This document shows, piece after piece, positions 32,779 through 45,432 of a stretch of 64,000 bases of DNA. Source of the DNA: Alphaproteobacteria bacterium (lineage in GTDB: Bacteria > Pseudomonadota > Alphaproteobacteria > SHVV01); assembly GCA_965261735.1 (NCBI GenBank), contig OZ253470.1:4288001-4352000 (forward strand), written 5' to 3'. The position numbers were made by a program, and so were the translations under genes. How positions within the stretch are numbered: the first letter of the stretch is position 1; each line of letters starts with the position of its first letter. The notes below the pieces were generated by a model. It was not told where the DNA came from. It made no database searches and saw only the letters and a list, made by a program, of their open reading frames with translations.

Positions 32779-33780
32779 ATGTCGAAACTGACCATGCCAC
32801 TGGCGGCGGCACTGATGGTTGCCGGTGCCCTTGTCCTTGCGCGGGGCGCAGATGCGGCCTGCGGCAAGGTGACGATCGCGGAGATGACCTGGGCCTCGGC
32901 TGGGGTGGCGGCCCATGTCGAGGACATCATCCTCAAGGAGGGCTACGGTTGCGATACCGAGGTGGTGCCGGGCGACACGGTGCCCACCGTCACCTCTATG
33001 ACGGAGAAGGGCGAGCCAGACATCGCGCCCGAGGTCTGGATCAACTCCGCGCGCGAGGTCGTCGAGGCGGCGGTGGCGGAGGGCCGGCTCACGATCGCCG
33101 GCGAGATCCTCTCCGACGGCGGCGAGGAAGGCTGGTGGGTGCCCACCTATGTGGTGGAGCAGAATCCGGAACTCACCACCCTGCAGGAAGTCATCAAGCG
33201 GCCCGACCTCTTCCCCGACAAGGAAGAGCCGGGCAAGGGGCGCTTCTACGGCTGCCCGCCGGGCTGGGCCTGCGAGATCGTCAACCGCAACCTCTACATG
33301 GCCTATGGCCTGGACGACGCCGGGTTCACGCTGTTCAACCCCGGCTCGGGCGAGGGGCTGGCGGGTGCCATCGCCAGCGCCTATGAACGCGGCAACCCGA
33401 TCTTCGCGTACTACTGGGCGCCGACCGCGCTGCTCGGCAACTACCCGATGGTCAAGCTCGGCGGGATGGAGCACGACCCCGCGACGTGGCCGTGCATCAT
33501 CGACAAGGATTGCGCCGACCCGCAGCCCAACATGTATGCTAAATCGGTGGTGATCACGGTGGTGACCTCGAGCTTCGCCGAGAGCGCACCCGAGGCCTTC
33601 GAGTTCGTTTCCAACGTCTCCTGGTCCAATTCCTTCCTTAACGGCCTGCTCGCATGGAAGGACGAAAATCAGGCGACCACGCGGGAAGCGGCGGAGCACT
33701 TCCTCAAGAACAATGAGGACGTGTGGGGCGCCTGGGTGCCTGCCGAGGTCGCGGCGAAGGTCAAGGCGGCTCTGATGTAG
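32779..33780 (+). CDS. Glycine betaine/proline/choline ABC transporter substrate-binding protein (ProX/OpuAC family)
   Basis: Signal peptide; VTIAEMTWAS, PDIAPEVW, GCPPGWAC and YYWAPT motifs. Confidence 0.88.
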   Translation: MSKLTMPLAAALMVAGALVLARGADAACGKVTIAEMTWASAGVAAHVEDIILKEGYGCDTEVVPGDTVPTVTSMTEKGEPDIAPEVWINSAREVVEAAVAEGRLTIAGEILSDGGEEGWWVPTYVVEQNPELTTLQEVIKRPDLFPDKEEPGKGRFYGCPPGWACEIVNRNLYMAYGLDDAGFTLFNPGSGEGLAGAIASAYERGNPIFAYYWAPTALLGNYPMVKLGGMEHDPATWPCIIDKDCADPQPNMYAKSVVITVVTSSFAESAPEAFEFVSNVSWSNSFLNGLLAWKDENQATTREAAEHFLKNNEDVWGAWVPAEVAAKVKAALM

Positions 33781-34176
33781 CCTGGCGGCTGGTCAGTCGC
33801 CGATCGGAAGAGGCCGCGCGGCCCTCTCCCCCGCCCCGTCCCGGCACGAGTGGGAACGGCATGTCCTCGGGGGTGAACCGTGACCGACTGGGTCCTGAAT
33901 TTTCCTACTCTCGACATTGACCGCCGCCCGGCAGCGCGGAGCGGCCGATCAACAGCCTACTGATTGTGCGCATTCAAGATCAGGCCCTTCGCGCGTTTCG
34001 CCAGTCGCGAGGGGATATCCGGCAAGCAGGCCACCCGCAATGCTTTCGGATATCCGCACCGCGGACTGGCGCAGCGAATCCTTCGCCAGATGCGCGTAGC
34101 GCGCCGTCGTCTCGACCTGCGTGTGTCCGGGTAGGTGTTATTCGGCGCCGAACCTTGGCCCGTCAGACTCTGGCAA

Positions 34177-34982
34177 GGTGCTGTCAACTTAACGAAGGCA
34201 GGTCGCAGTTGAACGTCTGAACTGAGCGGCTCAAGCAGCAGCGGTCACGGTCCGCCACGTGTTCATCGCGTCACCGCGGAATTGGCGCATTGTCTTGCGA
34301 GTGATCAGATGACGTTGGACATTGAAGGTGTTGTAGATGGCGGCGTGGGTGGAGAGAAACCTTTGCGCCGATCCTGATGACTTGAAGCCCTGCATCCTGC
34401 GTTCTCGTTGTCGAACCGGCAGGTGCGAATTCTCCGCCCGATTATTGCTCCGTCCGCCGGTAACGTGTTTCCCCGTCATGTTGAGATCACGCAATGCTGC
34501 CCCGTAAGATGGCAGTTTATCGGTCACCACCTTATTCGGCGCATACCCCTGCTTCTTGAGCAGTTTGCGCATCAGCTTGAGTGCTGCTTTCTTGTTCCTC
34601 CGGGACTGAACCAAGATAGCCAGCACCTCACCCTCGCTGTCCACCGCCCGCCATAGATACATCCGTTTTCCGTTGATGGAGGAAAACACCTCATCAAGGT
34701 GCCACCGGTCGTCTGGTCGAGGGCGTGATTGTCTCAGTTTTCGGGCATAGGCCTGCCCAAACTTTAAAGACCAGCGCCGTATCGTCTCGTAAGAAACATC
34801 GACACCACGTTCAGCGAGCAGATCCTCCACATCGCGGTAACTGAGCGGAAACCGGAAACACAGCCAGACGGCGCGCTGGATTATCTCTGCAGGAAACCGA
34901 TGTCGGCGGTAGCTGATCTTGTTCATAACAGGAAGCTACTCGCCACCCGCAGCTGACACCAGCCAGTTACCGTGACAGCACC
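34177..34982 (-). mobile_element. IS6-family element (transposase 34231-34926)
   Basis: IR GGTGCTGTCA / TGACAGCACC; WHLDE, LWRAVD, TDKL and NNRAENSH motifs. Confidence 0.92.
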
Positions 34983-34984
34983 TT

Positions 34985-35259
34985 GGGGCGGAGCTACAGA
35001 GCTCACGGTGGCGCCTAAGCGCACTGACCTAGGCGACTTTCCGAACTACCGGACGCACCGCCACCGCCTCTACGGCGAACAGGAAGGCGTGTGTGTCGGC
35101 TGCGACACGCACTTCCCGTTCCGGGTGATGGACGTTGACCACATGCTGCCCCGCTCCAAGGGCGGGACCGACCATACCGACAACCTGCAACTGCTCTGCT
35201 CTGGCTGTAATCGCAGCAAGGGCGGGCGCACAATGGCCGAATGGAGGGCAGCACAATGA
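34985..35259 (+). pseudogene. C-terminal HNH domain of a gene truncated by IS6
   Basis: CVGC..VDHMLPRSKGGTD..NLQLLCSGCNRSKG. Confidence 0.75.
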
Positions 35260-35342
35260 GACCGATGCTCGACCCGACCCGCGACTTGGTGGGCGCGACG
35301 CCTGAAACGCTGGCAAAAGCGTTGTTCCGCCGCACGGAGCCT

Positions 35343-36220
35343 TTACGCCCCGGAACCCGACGAAAGCCCGTTGTCCGCGACCAAGTCCCGGTAGAGAAGG
35401 TTGCGTCCGACCAGCCGGGCGACGGTGTCCCGCATCTGCGCAAGCGTTCCTGAGTCGCGGATGTTGTGCTTGCCGGCAAACTCGGAGACGTAGCGTTGCA
35501 GATGCTTCGGGCTCATCTTGTGGAACGTGCCTTTGTGTGCCCGTTTCAGCATCGACCAGAACGACTCGATTCCGTTGGTGTGAGCCATGCCCTTGACGTA
35601 TTCGCTGACCGAGTGCTTGACGCTCTCGTGCGGATTTGGGATGCCCTCATAGGCAGCCGCGTCGTCGGTATAGACCACCGCGTGCGGATCAGCATTCTCG
35701 GCCACGAAGTCTTGCAACGTATCTTTGTCGGTATTCTCGACCACCCTGGCGTTGACCTTCTTGGTCGCCCGGTCCTTCGCGCCGACGACTGCCACCATGT
35801 CCACCGGGCCGCGCCCCGTCGCGGCCTTGCGCTTGGCGTTCGACATGTTCTTGCGCTTGCCCCCGACATAGGTTTCATCGAACTCGACCGGCCCGTCAAA
35901 GGGGCCTTCGCCGTCGCCGACCCAGGCTTGGCGGATGCGATGCAACATGAACCACGCCGTCGGTTGCGAGACGCCAATGTCCCGCTGCAACTTCATGGAC
36001 GAAACCGACTTGAGAGAGGTCAGGCAAAGGTAGATCGCGATGGCCCATTTGCGCAGCGGGACCTTCGACCGCTGCATTGCCGTGCCGGTCTTGACGCTGA
36101 AGTAGGAACGGCAGTCCGTGCACCAGTAGGGCATCTTCGCATGAGAGGCTTCTCGGGTACGGACCGATCCGCATTTCGGGCAAGGGCGACCGTCCGGCCA
36201 GATGATGGATTCAAACCACG
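35343..36220 (-). pseudogene. IS1595-family transposase, N-terminus lost
   Basis: WPDGRPCPKCG..CTDC..VEFDETY, YTDD and HTNGIESFWS motifs. Confidence 0.88.
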
Positions 36221-36383
36221 GTGAAGGCGCGCGCCCTCAACAGAGTGGACGAATGGGGTCCGAGCGACCATTGCCGGCTGCTGATCGAGATTGCAACGGA
36301 ATGAGACGCCTCACCGCCAGGAATGGCGCACGCCGCCGGAATTGCGGTGCGAGTTACAACTCGTCCGATATCGGAGAGTCGCC

Positions 36384-36530
36384 ATGATGACACCCAAGCA
36401 CGAAGACATCTTGAACATGCTCAAACGTCGGTACGACGGGCCGAGCATGAACAACGTCTATCGCGGCGACTATGTCGAGTGCATGATTGAATCCGTGCTT
36501 GGACCCGACTGGAGGCTCACATGGGCATAT
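36384..36530 (+). pseudogene. Hypothetical protein, N-terminal fragment
   Basis: GGAGAG RBS, MMTPKHEDILN..NVYRGDYVE..; coding signal lost after about 36530. Confidence 0.35.
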
Positions 36531-36674
36531 CAAAAGGCTCTTGTATCGGCCTCCCCTGCTCATGGGAACAATTTAGGAACATAGAGGGCCCCTGGGAAGG
36601 CCATAGAAGGGTCTAGAATTACAATCTTGGGGTGGCGCGGTGCCCTTTGCCGTACTCGACATGCGCGACGAGTG

Positions 36675-36850
36675 TCGTGGTACGACATCTCCGGCAGCGC
36701 GCATTGGGTGAACAAGGCCGACATCGGGGTTGTCGTGCATCGCAACCCGAGCGTGATGCCGCCAAAGACGGAAATCCACGTGCGCAAGGTCCGGTTCAAG
36801 TCGGGCGGCCAATCGGTTCCGTGACGCTGCGGTACGACCGCTTGACGGCG
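36675..36850 (+). pseudogene. Twinkle/T7 gp4-like primase-helicase C-terminal fragment
   Basis: YDISGSAHWVNKADIGVVVHR..EIHVRKVRFK. Confidence 0.65.
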
Positions 36851-36918
36851 AGTTCGTGCCGCCTTGGGACTGGCGCCGAGGGGACCGCCTCTCGCTGCCG
36901 GCCCGGCTCAAGAACTGA

Positions 36919-38004
<1,086 letters not shown>

Positions 38005-38226
38005 CTACTTCAGCCTGCCGTAGCGCTTGGCGAGTCCTTCGCGAACCAGGCGCTCGATGGCGCCACCGACGAGATCGAATTCGACCTGCCCGGCGGGAAA
38101 GAAGACGTGCTCGGTGGCGCCGTCCTCGCCGAATGTGACGATGCCGTGTCCCTCCGGCAGATCGACGACGGCACCGCCGACGGTGGCAGCCTTGGCGGTC
38201 TCGAAATAGTAGTTCCACCTCTTCAT
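38005..38226 (-). CDS. Small hypothetical protein upstream of mreB
   Basis: 73-aa ORF MKRWNYYFETAK.. with host-like codon usage, ending about 40 bp before mreB. Confidence 0.5.
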   Translation of the reverse strand: MKRWNYYFETAKAATVGGAVVDLPEGHGIVTFGEDGATEHVFFPAGQVEFDLVGGAIERLVREGLAKRYGRLK

Positions 38227-38748
38227 GGGCGGCCCTTGCGCTGGTTCGCTCAGCCTCAACCTTGACACAAATATCCAGCACCTGACCACCGGCGCCGTAG
38301 CCGGGTCAGTAGGCCAGCGAGGCGTGTCCAGAGCGTTCGCATGGGCCCAGCGTAGCGCCCTCACGAGGGCCTGCCAACGGGACGCTGCACGGCGCGTCGA
38401 GCTTGCCGCACAATCGTGACGGGACTGAAAATCGATTGACGTCCGCCGCGAGGCCGATTTCGGGATCTTCGGGCTCTCGGGCGCCAGCTACGACCGCCTG
38501 AGAAGCCCGATAGCGCGTTTCTCGGGGGCGGCCGGTAGGATTTTTGCCCTGAGAAACCGCGCAACATTCTTTCAACACCCCGCGTGGCCCGCTGGGCGCT
38601 TTTCCTTGGCGCTGACGTGGCGTACTGTCGGCGCTGGCGATACATCCACCGCTGTTCACACTTTGAGCTGGCCGCGCGCATAGTTTCGGGCACATCACAC
38701 CCCATGACGGCACCTCGTCCTACGACAACGCCAGGGGGGCTGCGCGCT

Positions 38749-39162
38749 ATGCCGATCAGGCGGATTTCGATTGAAAATATTCGGTACAAGCGTCGATTGC
38801 GCGAGGTCAACAACGAGCGGGTTTAGCTCTCGCGAACAGTATAGATGCTATCGGTCTCCAAGTTCCTGTCACGGTTTATAAGGAGGAGGACGGAGAATAT
38901 GTGCTCGTCGCTGGACTTCACCGTTTAAAAGCGGCTCAGCGGCTTGGGTGGGATTATGTCAGCGCGGAAATCACGTCTTTAGATGAGCTGGACCGCAAAC
39001 TCTGGGGAATTGGCGAGAATCTTTGCCGCGCCGAATTAACCGCGCTGGAACGAGCCCAGCATTTGCAACTCCGGCAAGAAATCTGGTCGGCGAGGCGGAG
39101 TTCCGGGCAGACTTCGCCCGAAACTGCCCCCGGCGTAGGGCGACCGAAAGGCTTCGCCACGT
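38749..39162 (+). pseudogene. Phage-type ParB N-terminal domain protein, frameshifted and truncated
   Basis: LANSIDAIGLQVPV..LVAGLHRLKAA..ENLCRAELTALER. Confidence 0.75.
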
Positions 39163-41512
39163 TGATGGCGACGGCGACGCGATGCGCGAGGCGTCGGCGG
39201 ACATGCAACGCCTGCGGCTCTCGATCGAGGCCGAGTACAAGTACCTGATCCCCTATGTCGGGTTGCTCACCCCCTGGGGCGAGGTGGGATTGCGCCACGA
39301 CGGCGGCGACGGAGAGACCGGCGCCAGCGCGGAAGTCGGCGGCGGCCTCAGCTTCGGCGCGGCGGTCGAGCAGGGCTCGAAGTCGCACATCTGGGCGCTG
39401 CTCGGGGTGACCGGAGGCACAGTGAAGGCGATCCGCCGCAAGGACGACCGGCTCGACCAGTGGCGGATCAAGATTCAGCCCTCCTCGCACGAGGCGGTGA
39501 CGGTGACGCTGTCGCCGTCCCCGGCCTGCGGGGCGACGGGCGCGGTATGCACGGAGGACGGGCGCACGTTCACGACCGCCCTCGCGACGCAAATCCAGGG
39601 CCCGCCGGGCCTCGCGGTCGCGGATGCGGAGGTCGAGGAAGCGCCGGGCGCGCGGCTGGTGTTCACGGTCACGCTGAACCGGGCGGCATCGGGGACGGTG
39701 ACGGTGACGGCGGCGACCTCGGACGGCACGGCGGTGGCAGGCGAGGACTATGTCGCGAAGACGAAGACGGTGACCTTCGCCGCGGGCGAGACCTCGCAGA
39801 TCGTCCGGGTGCGGGTGCTCGACGATGCGCATGACGAGGGGGCGGAGACGATGACGCTCACGCTCTCGAGCCCGTCGGGGGCGTATCTCGCCGACGGCAC
39901 GGCGACGGGGACGATCACCAACACGGACCACATGCCGCAGGCGTGGATGGCGCGGTTCGGGCGCACGGTGGCGGACCAGGTTCTGGATGCAGTGGAAGGC
40001 CGCATGACGGCGCCGAGGGCTCCGGGGACGGAGCTGAGCGTTGCGGGGCAGCGGGTCGGCGGCGGCAGCGCCGCCGCGCCCGTGGCGGTCGATACGGGCG
40101 AGGCGGAGGCCGGTCTCGAAGTGCTTGCGGAGTGGCTGCGCGACGAGGAGGACGAGGACCGCACGGGCTTCGAATCGCGACCGGTGGCAGGCCGCGACAT
40201 CCTGACCGGCAGCTCCTTCGCATTCACCGAGGGCTCGGCCGAGGGCGGCTTCGGCGCGGTGTGGGGCCGGGGCGCGATCTCGCGCTTCGACGGGCGCGAG
40301 GGCGACCTCACCCTCGACGGCGAGGTCGCGAGCGCGATGGTGGGCGCCGACTGGACGGGCGGTCGCGGCAGTGCGGGGCTGGCGGTGGCGCATTCGCGCG
40401 GCGAGGGCGACTATCGCTCGCCGGCCGGCGGCGGCGCGGTGGAGAGCACGCTCACCGGCGTCTATCCCTACGGCCGCTATGACGTGAGCGAGCGGCTGTC
40501 GTTATGGGGCGTTGTGGGCTACGGCACGGGCACGCTCACGCTGACGCCGGAGGGCCAGGCGCCGATCGAGACCGACATGGACCTCAGCATGGCAGCCGTG
40601 GGCGGGCGCAGCGTGGTGGTGAGGTCGCCCGCCGACGGCGGGCTCGAGCTCGCGGCGACCGCGGACGCGATGGTTGTACAGACCGCGTCCGACGAGGTGC
40701 GTGGGAGCGCGGGCAGAAGCCTCGCGGCCTCGGAGGCGGAGGTCACAAGGGTCCGCTTCGGTTTCGATGGGACGTGGCGCGGGATCGAGACGGAGGGCGG
40801 CGGTTCGCTCGTGCCGGGCTTCGAGATCGGGGTACGCCAGGCCGGCGGCGACGCGGAGACCGGCTTCGGGGCCGATATCGGCGCAGGCCTCGCCTGGTCG
40901 GACCCCGCGCATGGGATCGCAGCGGATGTGATAGCCAGGGGCCTGCTGACCCATGAGGACGGAAGCTTCCGCGAGCACGGCTTCGCGGGCTCCTTCGCCT
41001 GGGATCCGGCCCCGTCCTCGGATCGAGGGCCGAGGTTCACGCTGAGCCAGACGGTGGGGGCGTCTGCGACGGGCGGCATGGACGCGCTGTTCGGGCCCGA
41101 GACCGCGCCGGCGCTGGATACGGCGAACGACGAGGGCGACGATCTGCTGCAGCGCCGGCTCGAGACGCGGTTCGGCTACGGGTTCCCGCTGTTCGGCGGT
41201 CGCTACACGGGCACGCCGGAGATCGGCTTTGGCCTTACGGAGACCGGCCGCGAATACATCCACAAGTGGCGTCTTGCAGAGGCGCGGAGCGAAGGCTTCG
41301 TGTTCGGCCTCGATGTAGAGGGCACGCGGCGCGAGAGCGTGACGGACAACAGCGGGACGGAGCACGTGATCGGGTTCGGGCTCGGCTGGCGGCTCGAAGG
41401 CGCGCGGCGCGAGGGCTTCGAGCTCAGGCTGGAGGGATCGCGGCTCGATGCCGCGAACGACGACCGCGCGCCTGAGGACCGGATCGGGTTGAGGATGTCA
41501 GCGCGCTGGTAG
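39163..41512 (+). pseudogene. Calx-beta plus autotransporter-like beta-barrel surface protein, 5'-truncated mosaic
   Basis: LVFTVTL..TSDGTAVAGEDY..TFAAGETS..DDAHDEGAET Calx-beta motif; AWMARFGRTVA linker; barrel ending in W; no start or signal peptide. Confidence 0.8.
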
Positions 41513-41914
41513 GGCGTGCTGCGGTGGGTTTCCGTTCGGGGACCGGCGGCGGGGACGGACGGCCCCGTGTCTAGAGTCGCAACGCGATGAATGGGCGAAG
41601 CTTGCTGGCGACAGGAACCGCGTTCCGGGCGCAAAGCCAGTCTTGGACTCACGCATCTTTGGCTGCCTGGGGCCGGGGGTGGCGGTCGCCTGTTGTTAAG
41701 CGTCGAAGGCTGACCCCTCAGAGTCTAGCTTACTCAATAGGTTATCGCGCCGATCGGCGTCATTCCACCGTGCCGAACAACAAATAGTTAGAACCGAAGG
41801 TGCGTGGAGTGGTGTAAGCTGTCCCTCCCATTTATTCCATCTATCGCAGAAACCTTGGAATTTTGCATCACCACCGGATACCCTTTCCGGCATTCATAAG
41901 ATCATCGAAATCTT

Positions 41915-42165
41915 CGCGGACCGCGCGGCGCTCCACACAGAAATACTTGCCCTGCGACAGCAGGTAGCTGTCCTGAAACGGCAAAGGCCCCGGCCATCGC
42001 TTCGGAAGGCAGATAGGGTTTTCTGGGTCATCCTGTCTTGCCTATGGCCTGGCTGGCGCCACGCCCTGGTAATCGTCAGGCCCGAGACCGTCATCGGTTG
42101 GCACCGCAAGGGGTTCAGGCTTTTCTGGACATGGAAGTCGCGGCGGGGAAAGCCGGGCCGACCAC
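41915..42165 (+). pseudogene. Transposase (integrase-core type) N-terminal fragment
   Basis: EILALRQQVAVLKR..VIVRPETVIGWHRKGFR..GRP. Confidence 0.7.
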
Positions 42166-42167
42166 TC

Positions 42168-42786
42168 GATATGTTCCAACGCTTAAACCGCGGAGGCGCC
42201 ATCGCAAATGAACAGGAGGTTCGCACCTGCTCAATGGTCTTGGCCAATGCTGAATTCACTCAGGAAATTCGAAGGTTCGCACGGCGCGACGATTTCCAGA
42301 AGATATGTCAGGTGACACAGGAACAACGAGACAAGCAGCGCGACGTCGAGTACGTGGTGCGTATCATCGCCCACACTTTCGTTGATTTTCTCCGCGGCCT
42401 TGATGTCGAGGAATTTCTTGACTATGCGGTACTCCAAATACTGGCTGAACACAGTCCCGACGAAGTTTTGGAGACGGTAAGTTGGTCGGTAGAGTCTCTA
42501 GTTTAGACTTTTTGGCGAGCGGGCACTTTTCCCTCCCGATAACGCGCCCGAGGGAATCGCTGCACGATTTTCACTCCGAGCACTTGAAGCCATCGTAGTT
42601 GGATTGGCTCGAAATCGCATGGCTTTGATGGGTCGAGGTAACCGTGATTATTTCATAAGGGATAGGGTGAAGGCATTTTGGCTGCAAGCGGAAGTCCGGG
42701 AAATGAGCGCGTCGGGATTGCGTGGGACAGTTCGAATACAGAGGACCGTTCCATTCGGAGATAGCTGGTTTAAACCCGATGCTTGA
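42168..42786 (+). pseudogene. DUF262 (GmrS-like) protein, C-terminal remnant
   Basis: MFQRLNRGG..QEVR motif; internal stop and frameshift; low GC. Confidence 0.65.
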
Positions 42787-43407
42787 TATTAATATATATT
42801 TCGACGAAATCGATATTGCACGTGTCCGTCGGGCGAAAGAGCTATCTGAAATCAAGCGATCCTTCGGTGCTCTCTTATCCTCCGATCCTCTTGGAATTGC
42901 ATCCAAAGCAGTCGTTGTCTCGACTTATGCCAACTGGGAAGGCTTCTACAATGAATGCGTTCGGACCTATCTCAATTTCCTTCGCGAGAAGGGCGGGCGA
43001 GTGCGCGACAGCGATTGGATGCTCCTGCTCAGTGCCTTTCACGCAGACTTTGAGAGTATGCGTGATCGGACCATTCGTTCGAATCTAGGCAACAGTTCGT
43101 TGAAAACCTTAAGGAACGATTGGATTGTGGATTTGATGCACTTGACTCTACTGTCGTTGAAGCGCGTACCAATTTAGATTTTGCCCGCCTAACGCAAAAC
43201 TATCTCCTGCTGAATTTTGACCCTACGAGTATCGAGAGCTCGCGAAACCGGCTAGACAAGGAACTGGTCGGCTGGCGCCACGCCGTTGCGCATGGTGACT
43301 CCCCTGACCTAACAGCCATGGACGTGGGTGCTCATGTCGAATTCGTGTCGAAACTTTTAATATTGGTCTCAGACCGTTTCCAATGTTCAATGTTGGATCG
43401 CGTTTAG
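42780..43407 (+). pseudogene. MAE_28990-like HEPN nuclease, frameshifted
   Basis: YANWEGF, RTNLDF and LVGWRHAVAHGD (Rx4H) motifs; start overlaps the DUF262 stop. Confidence 0.7.
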
Positions 43408-43429
43408 GTAGTGACCGGTTGCCGGCTTT

Positions 43430-43869
43430 CTGTGATCCAGAGGCTACGCTGGGAGCATGTCGATCTCGACGCGGAAGAGCTTCGGCTCCCAGACACCAAG
43501 ACTGGCGGGCGAGCGGTTCCGCTGGCCCCTCCGCCGTACGGTTGTTGACCTCCCTGCCCCACGATGAGGACAATCCGTGGGTGATCGCAGGCCGCAAGCC
43601 GGGGTGGTACCTCACTGACCTGCGGCACCCTTGGCGACGCATCCGAGCCCGCGCCGGGCTCGACGGGGTGAGAATTCATGACTCGCGCCATTCGTTCGCT
43701 TCTCGCGCGCTGGCGCTCGGCAAGGGCTTGCCCGATGATCGGCAAATTGCTTGGACACATGCAGGTCCAGACGACGGCTCGCTATGCCCATCCTGCCCGC
43801 GACACCGTCAAGGCATCCGCCGCGCGCATCGGAGACAGCATCGACCGAGACCTCGATGCCGCGGAATAG
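43430..43869 (+). pseudogene. Tyrosine integrase C-terminal remnant
   Basis: LRWEHVD..DTKTG, RIHDSRHSFAS and LLGH..TTARYAH across frameshifts. Confidence 0.8.
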
Positions 43870-43937
43870 AGCAGCACCCGAGACCCCACAGATCGGAACG
43901 GCCTTTGTCCGCCAGTCCGAAGATCCAAGAAACCCGC

Positions 43938-43992
43938 TGTCAACGCCGGTTGGAGATTCAGCCAAAGGGCGGGGCAAAAGAGTGCCACCTGG
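43938..43992 (+). mobile_element. IS21-like terminal remnant
   Basis: TGTCAACGCCGGTTGGAGATTCAGCCA..GGCGGGGCAAAAGAGTGCCA repeat pattern. Confidence 0.45.
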
Positions 43993-44163
43993 GCTGGTGG
44001 GCTGAGCTTGGCGTGAGACTGGGATTCGGAGATGCGGTGCGAGGATTTTTCGGCGGGAGCGGGCAGCGGAGCCATGCAGAACTCAAGCGGTTCGCGCCCG
44101 CCTGCCGCCCGCGGGGCGGCATGGTTTGCCGGGTTGGGGTTAGTCTCGCCACCCGGGCCTTAG

Positions 44164-45084
44164 CAGCCCGTTGATTAAGTCGGCGCCGTCTGATTCTCTG
44201 GTTCCCTGATTTGCAGGGGGATTTGCCGATGGCGATGGGACGGCAGAAGGATGGTCAGGGGGACCTGATGGTGAGCTGGTCGGAGATGCCGCGCTCTCCG
44301 GGTCATGTGTTTTATGACCGCTTGCAGTCGGTGCTGATCGAGGGCGGCTTCGACGCCTTTGCCGAGGCGAGCTGCCGGCCTTATTACGCGGCCCGGATGG
44401 GCGCGCCCTCGGTGCCGTCCGGGCGCTATTTCCGGATGCACCTGGTGGGCTACTTCGAGGGCATCGACAGCGAGCGCGGTCTGGAGTGGCGCTGCTCGGA
44501 CTCGCTTTCGCTGCGGGCTGGGGAGCCGTGATCGGGTACCGGACCATTCCTGGCTGTCACGGAGCCGCACGCGCCTGCCCCATGAAGTCCACGCGGCGGT
44601 CTTCGACTGGGTTCTGGTGCTGATCGCCGAGGCGGGGCTGATCAAGGGCGAGCGCATCGGCGTCGATGCCTCGACCATGGAGGCCAACGCGGCGCTGCGG
44701 AACATCGTGCGGCGCGACAACGGCGAAGGCTACCGGGAGATGCAGGAGCGCCTGGCCCGGGAAAGCGGGGTCGAGACACCCACGGCCGAGGACCTGGCGC
44801 GTCTGGACCGGAAGCGCAAGGGCAAGAAGCTTTCCAACACGGATTGGGTTTCGAAGAGCGACCCCGAGGCCAAGATCGCCAAGATAAAGGACGGCACGAC
44901 GCATCTGGCCTACAAGCCCGAGCACGCGGTGGATCTGGACACCGGCGCGGTGGTGGCGGCCGAGCTGCACCCGGCCGATGAGGGCGACACCACGACGCTT
45001 TCCAAGACCCTGGCGAAGGCCGAGGCAAACCTCGAGGCGGTGGATGCGGCACCGACGTCGGAGGACCCGGCCGAATGCGTCGCC
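44164..45084 (+). mobile_element. IS1182/IS5-like remnant, internally deleted and truncated
   Basis: TTAG then CAGCCCGTTGA end; SPGHVFYDRL, VPDHSWLS, GVDASTMEANA and HLAYKPEHAVD motifs. Confidence 0.75.
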
Positions 45085-45239
45085 GGTGTTGTCACGTTAT
45101 TGAACGGTCGTGCCGCGAATTGGCATAGAACTCAAGCTCAAGCGGCAGCAGTGGCGGTTTGTTAGTCGGCGCCGAACTTTGACCCTCCGACTCTAACGAA
45201 GTCAATGGGTTAGCACGCTGATCGGTGCCGAATACACAC

Positions 45240-45350
45240 GCCGAGCGACAGTCCTTGACCACATCGTGATATTCATAGTCGATGCTGGCCTGTTTCAAAT
45301 ATCCCTTGGCACGGACGCAGTGGGGGCAGGTGGCCTTGTCGAACAAATGA
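45240..45350 (-). pseudogene. Glutaredoxin-like fragment
   Basis: KATCPHCVRAKGYL..YEYHDV. Confidence 0.5.
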
Positions 45351-45432
45351 TTACCCTCAACCGATGATCGCCTGGCATGGGCATCGATGATGGCTTCTGT
45401 CAGCACGCCGCGGTTAAGGGCATGGCCCTGGC

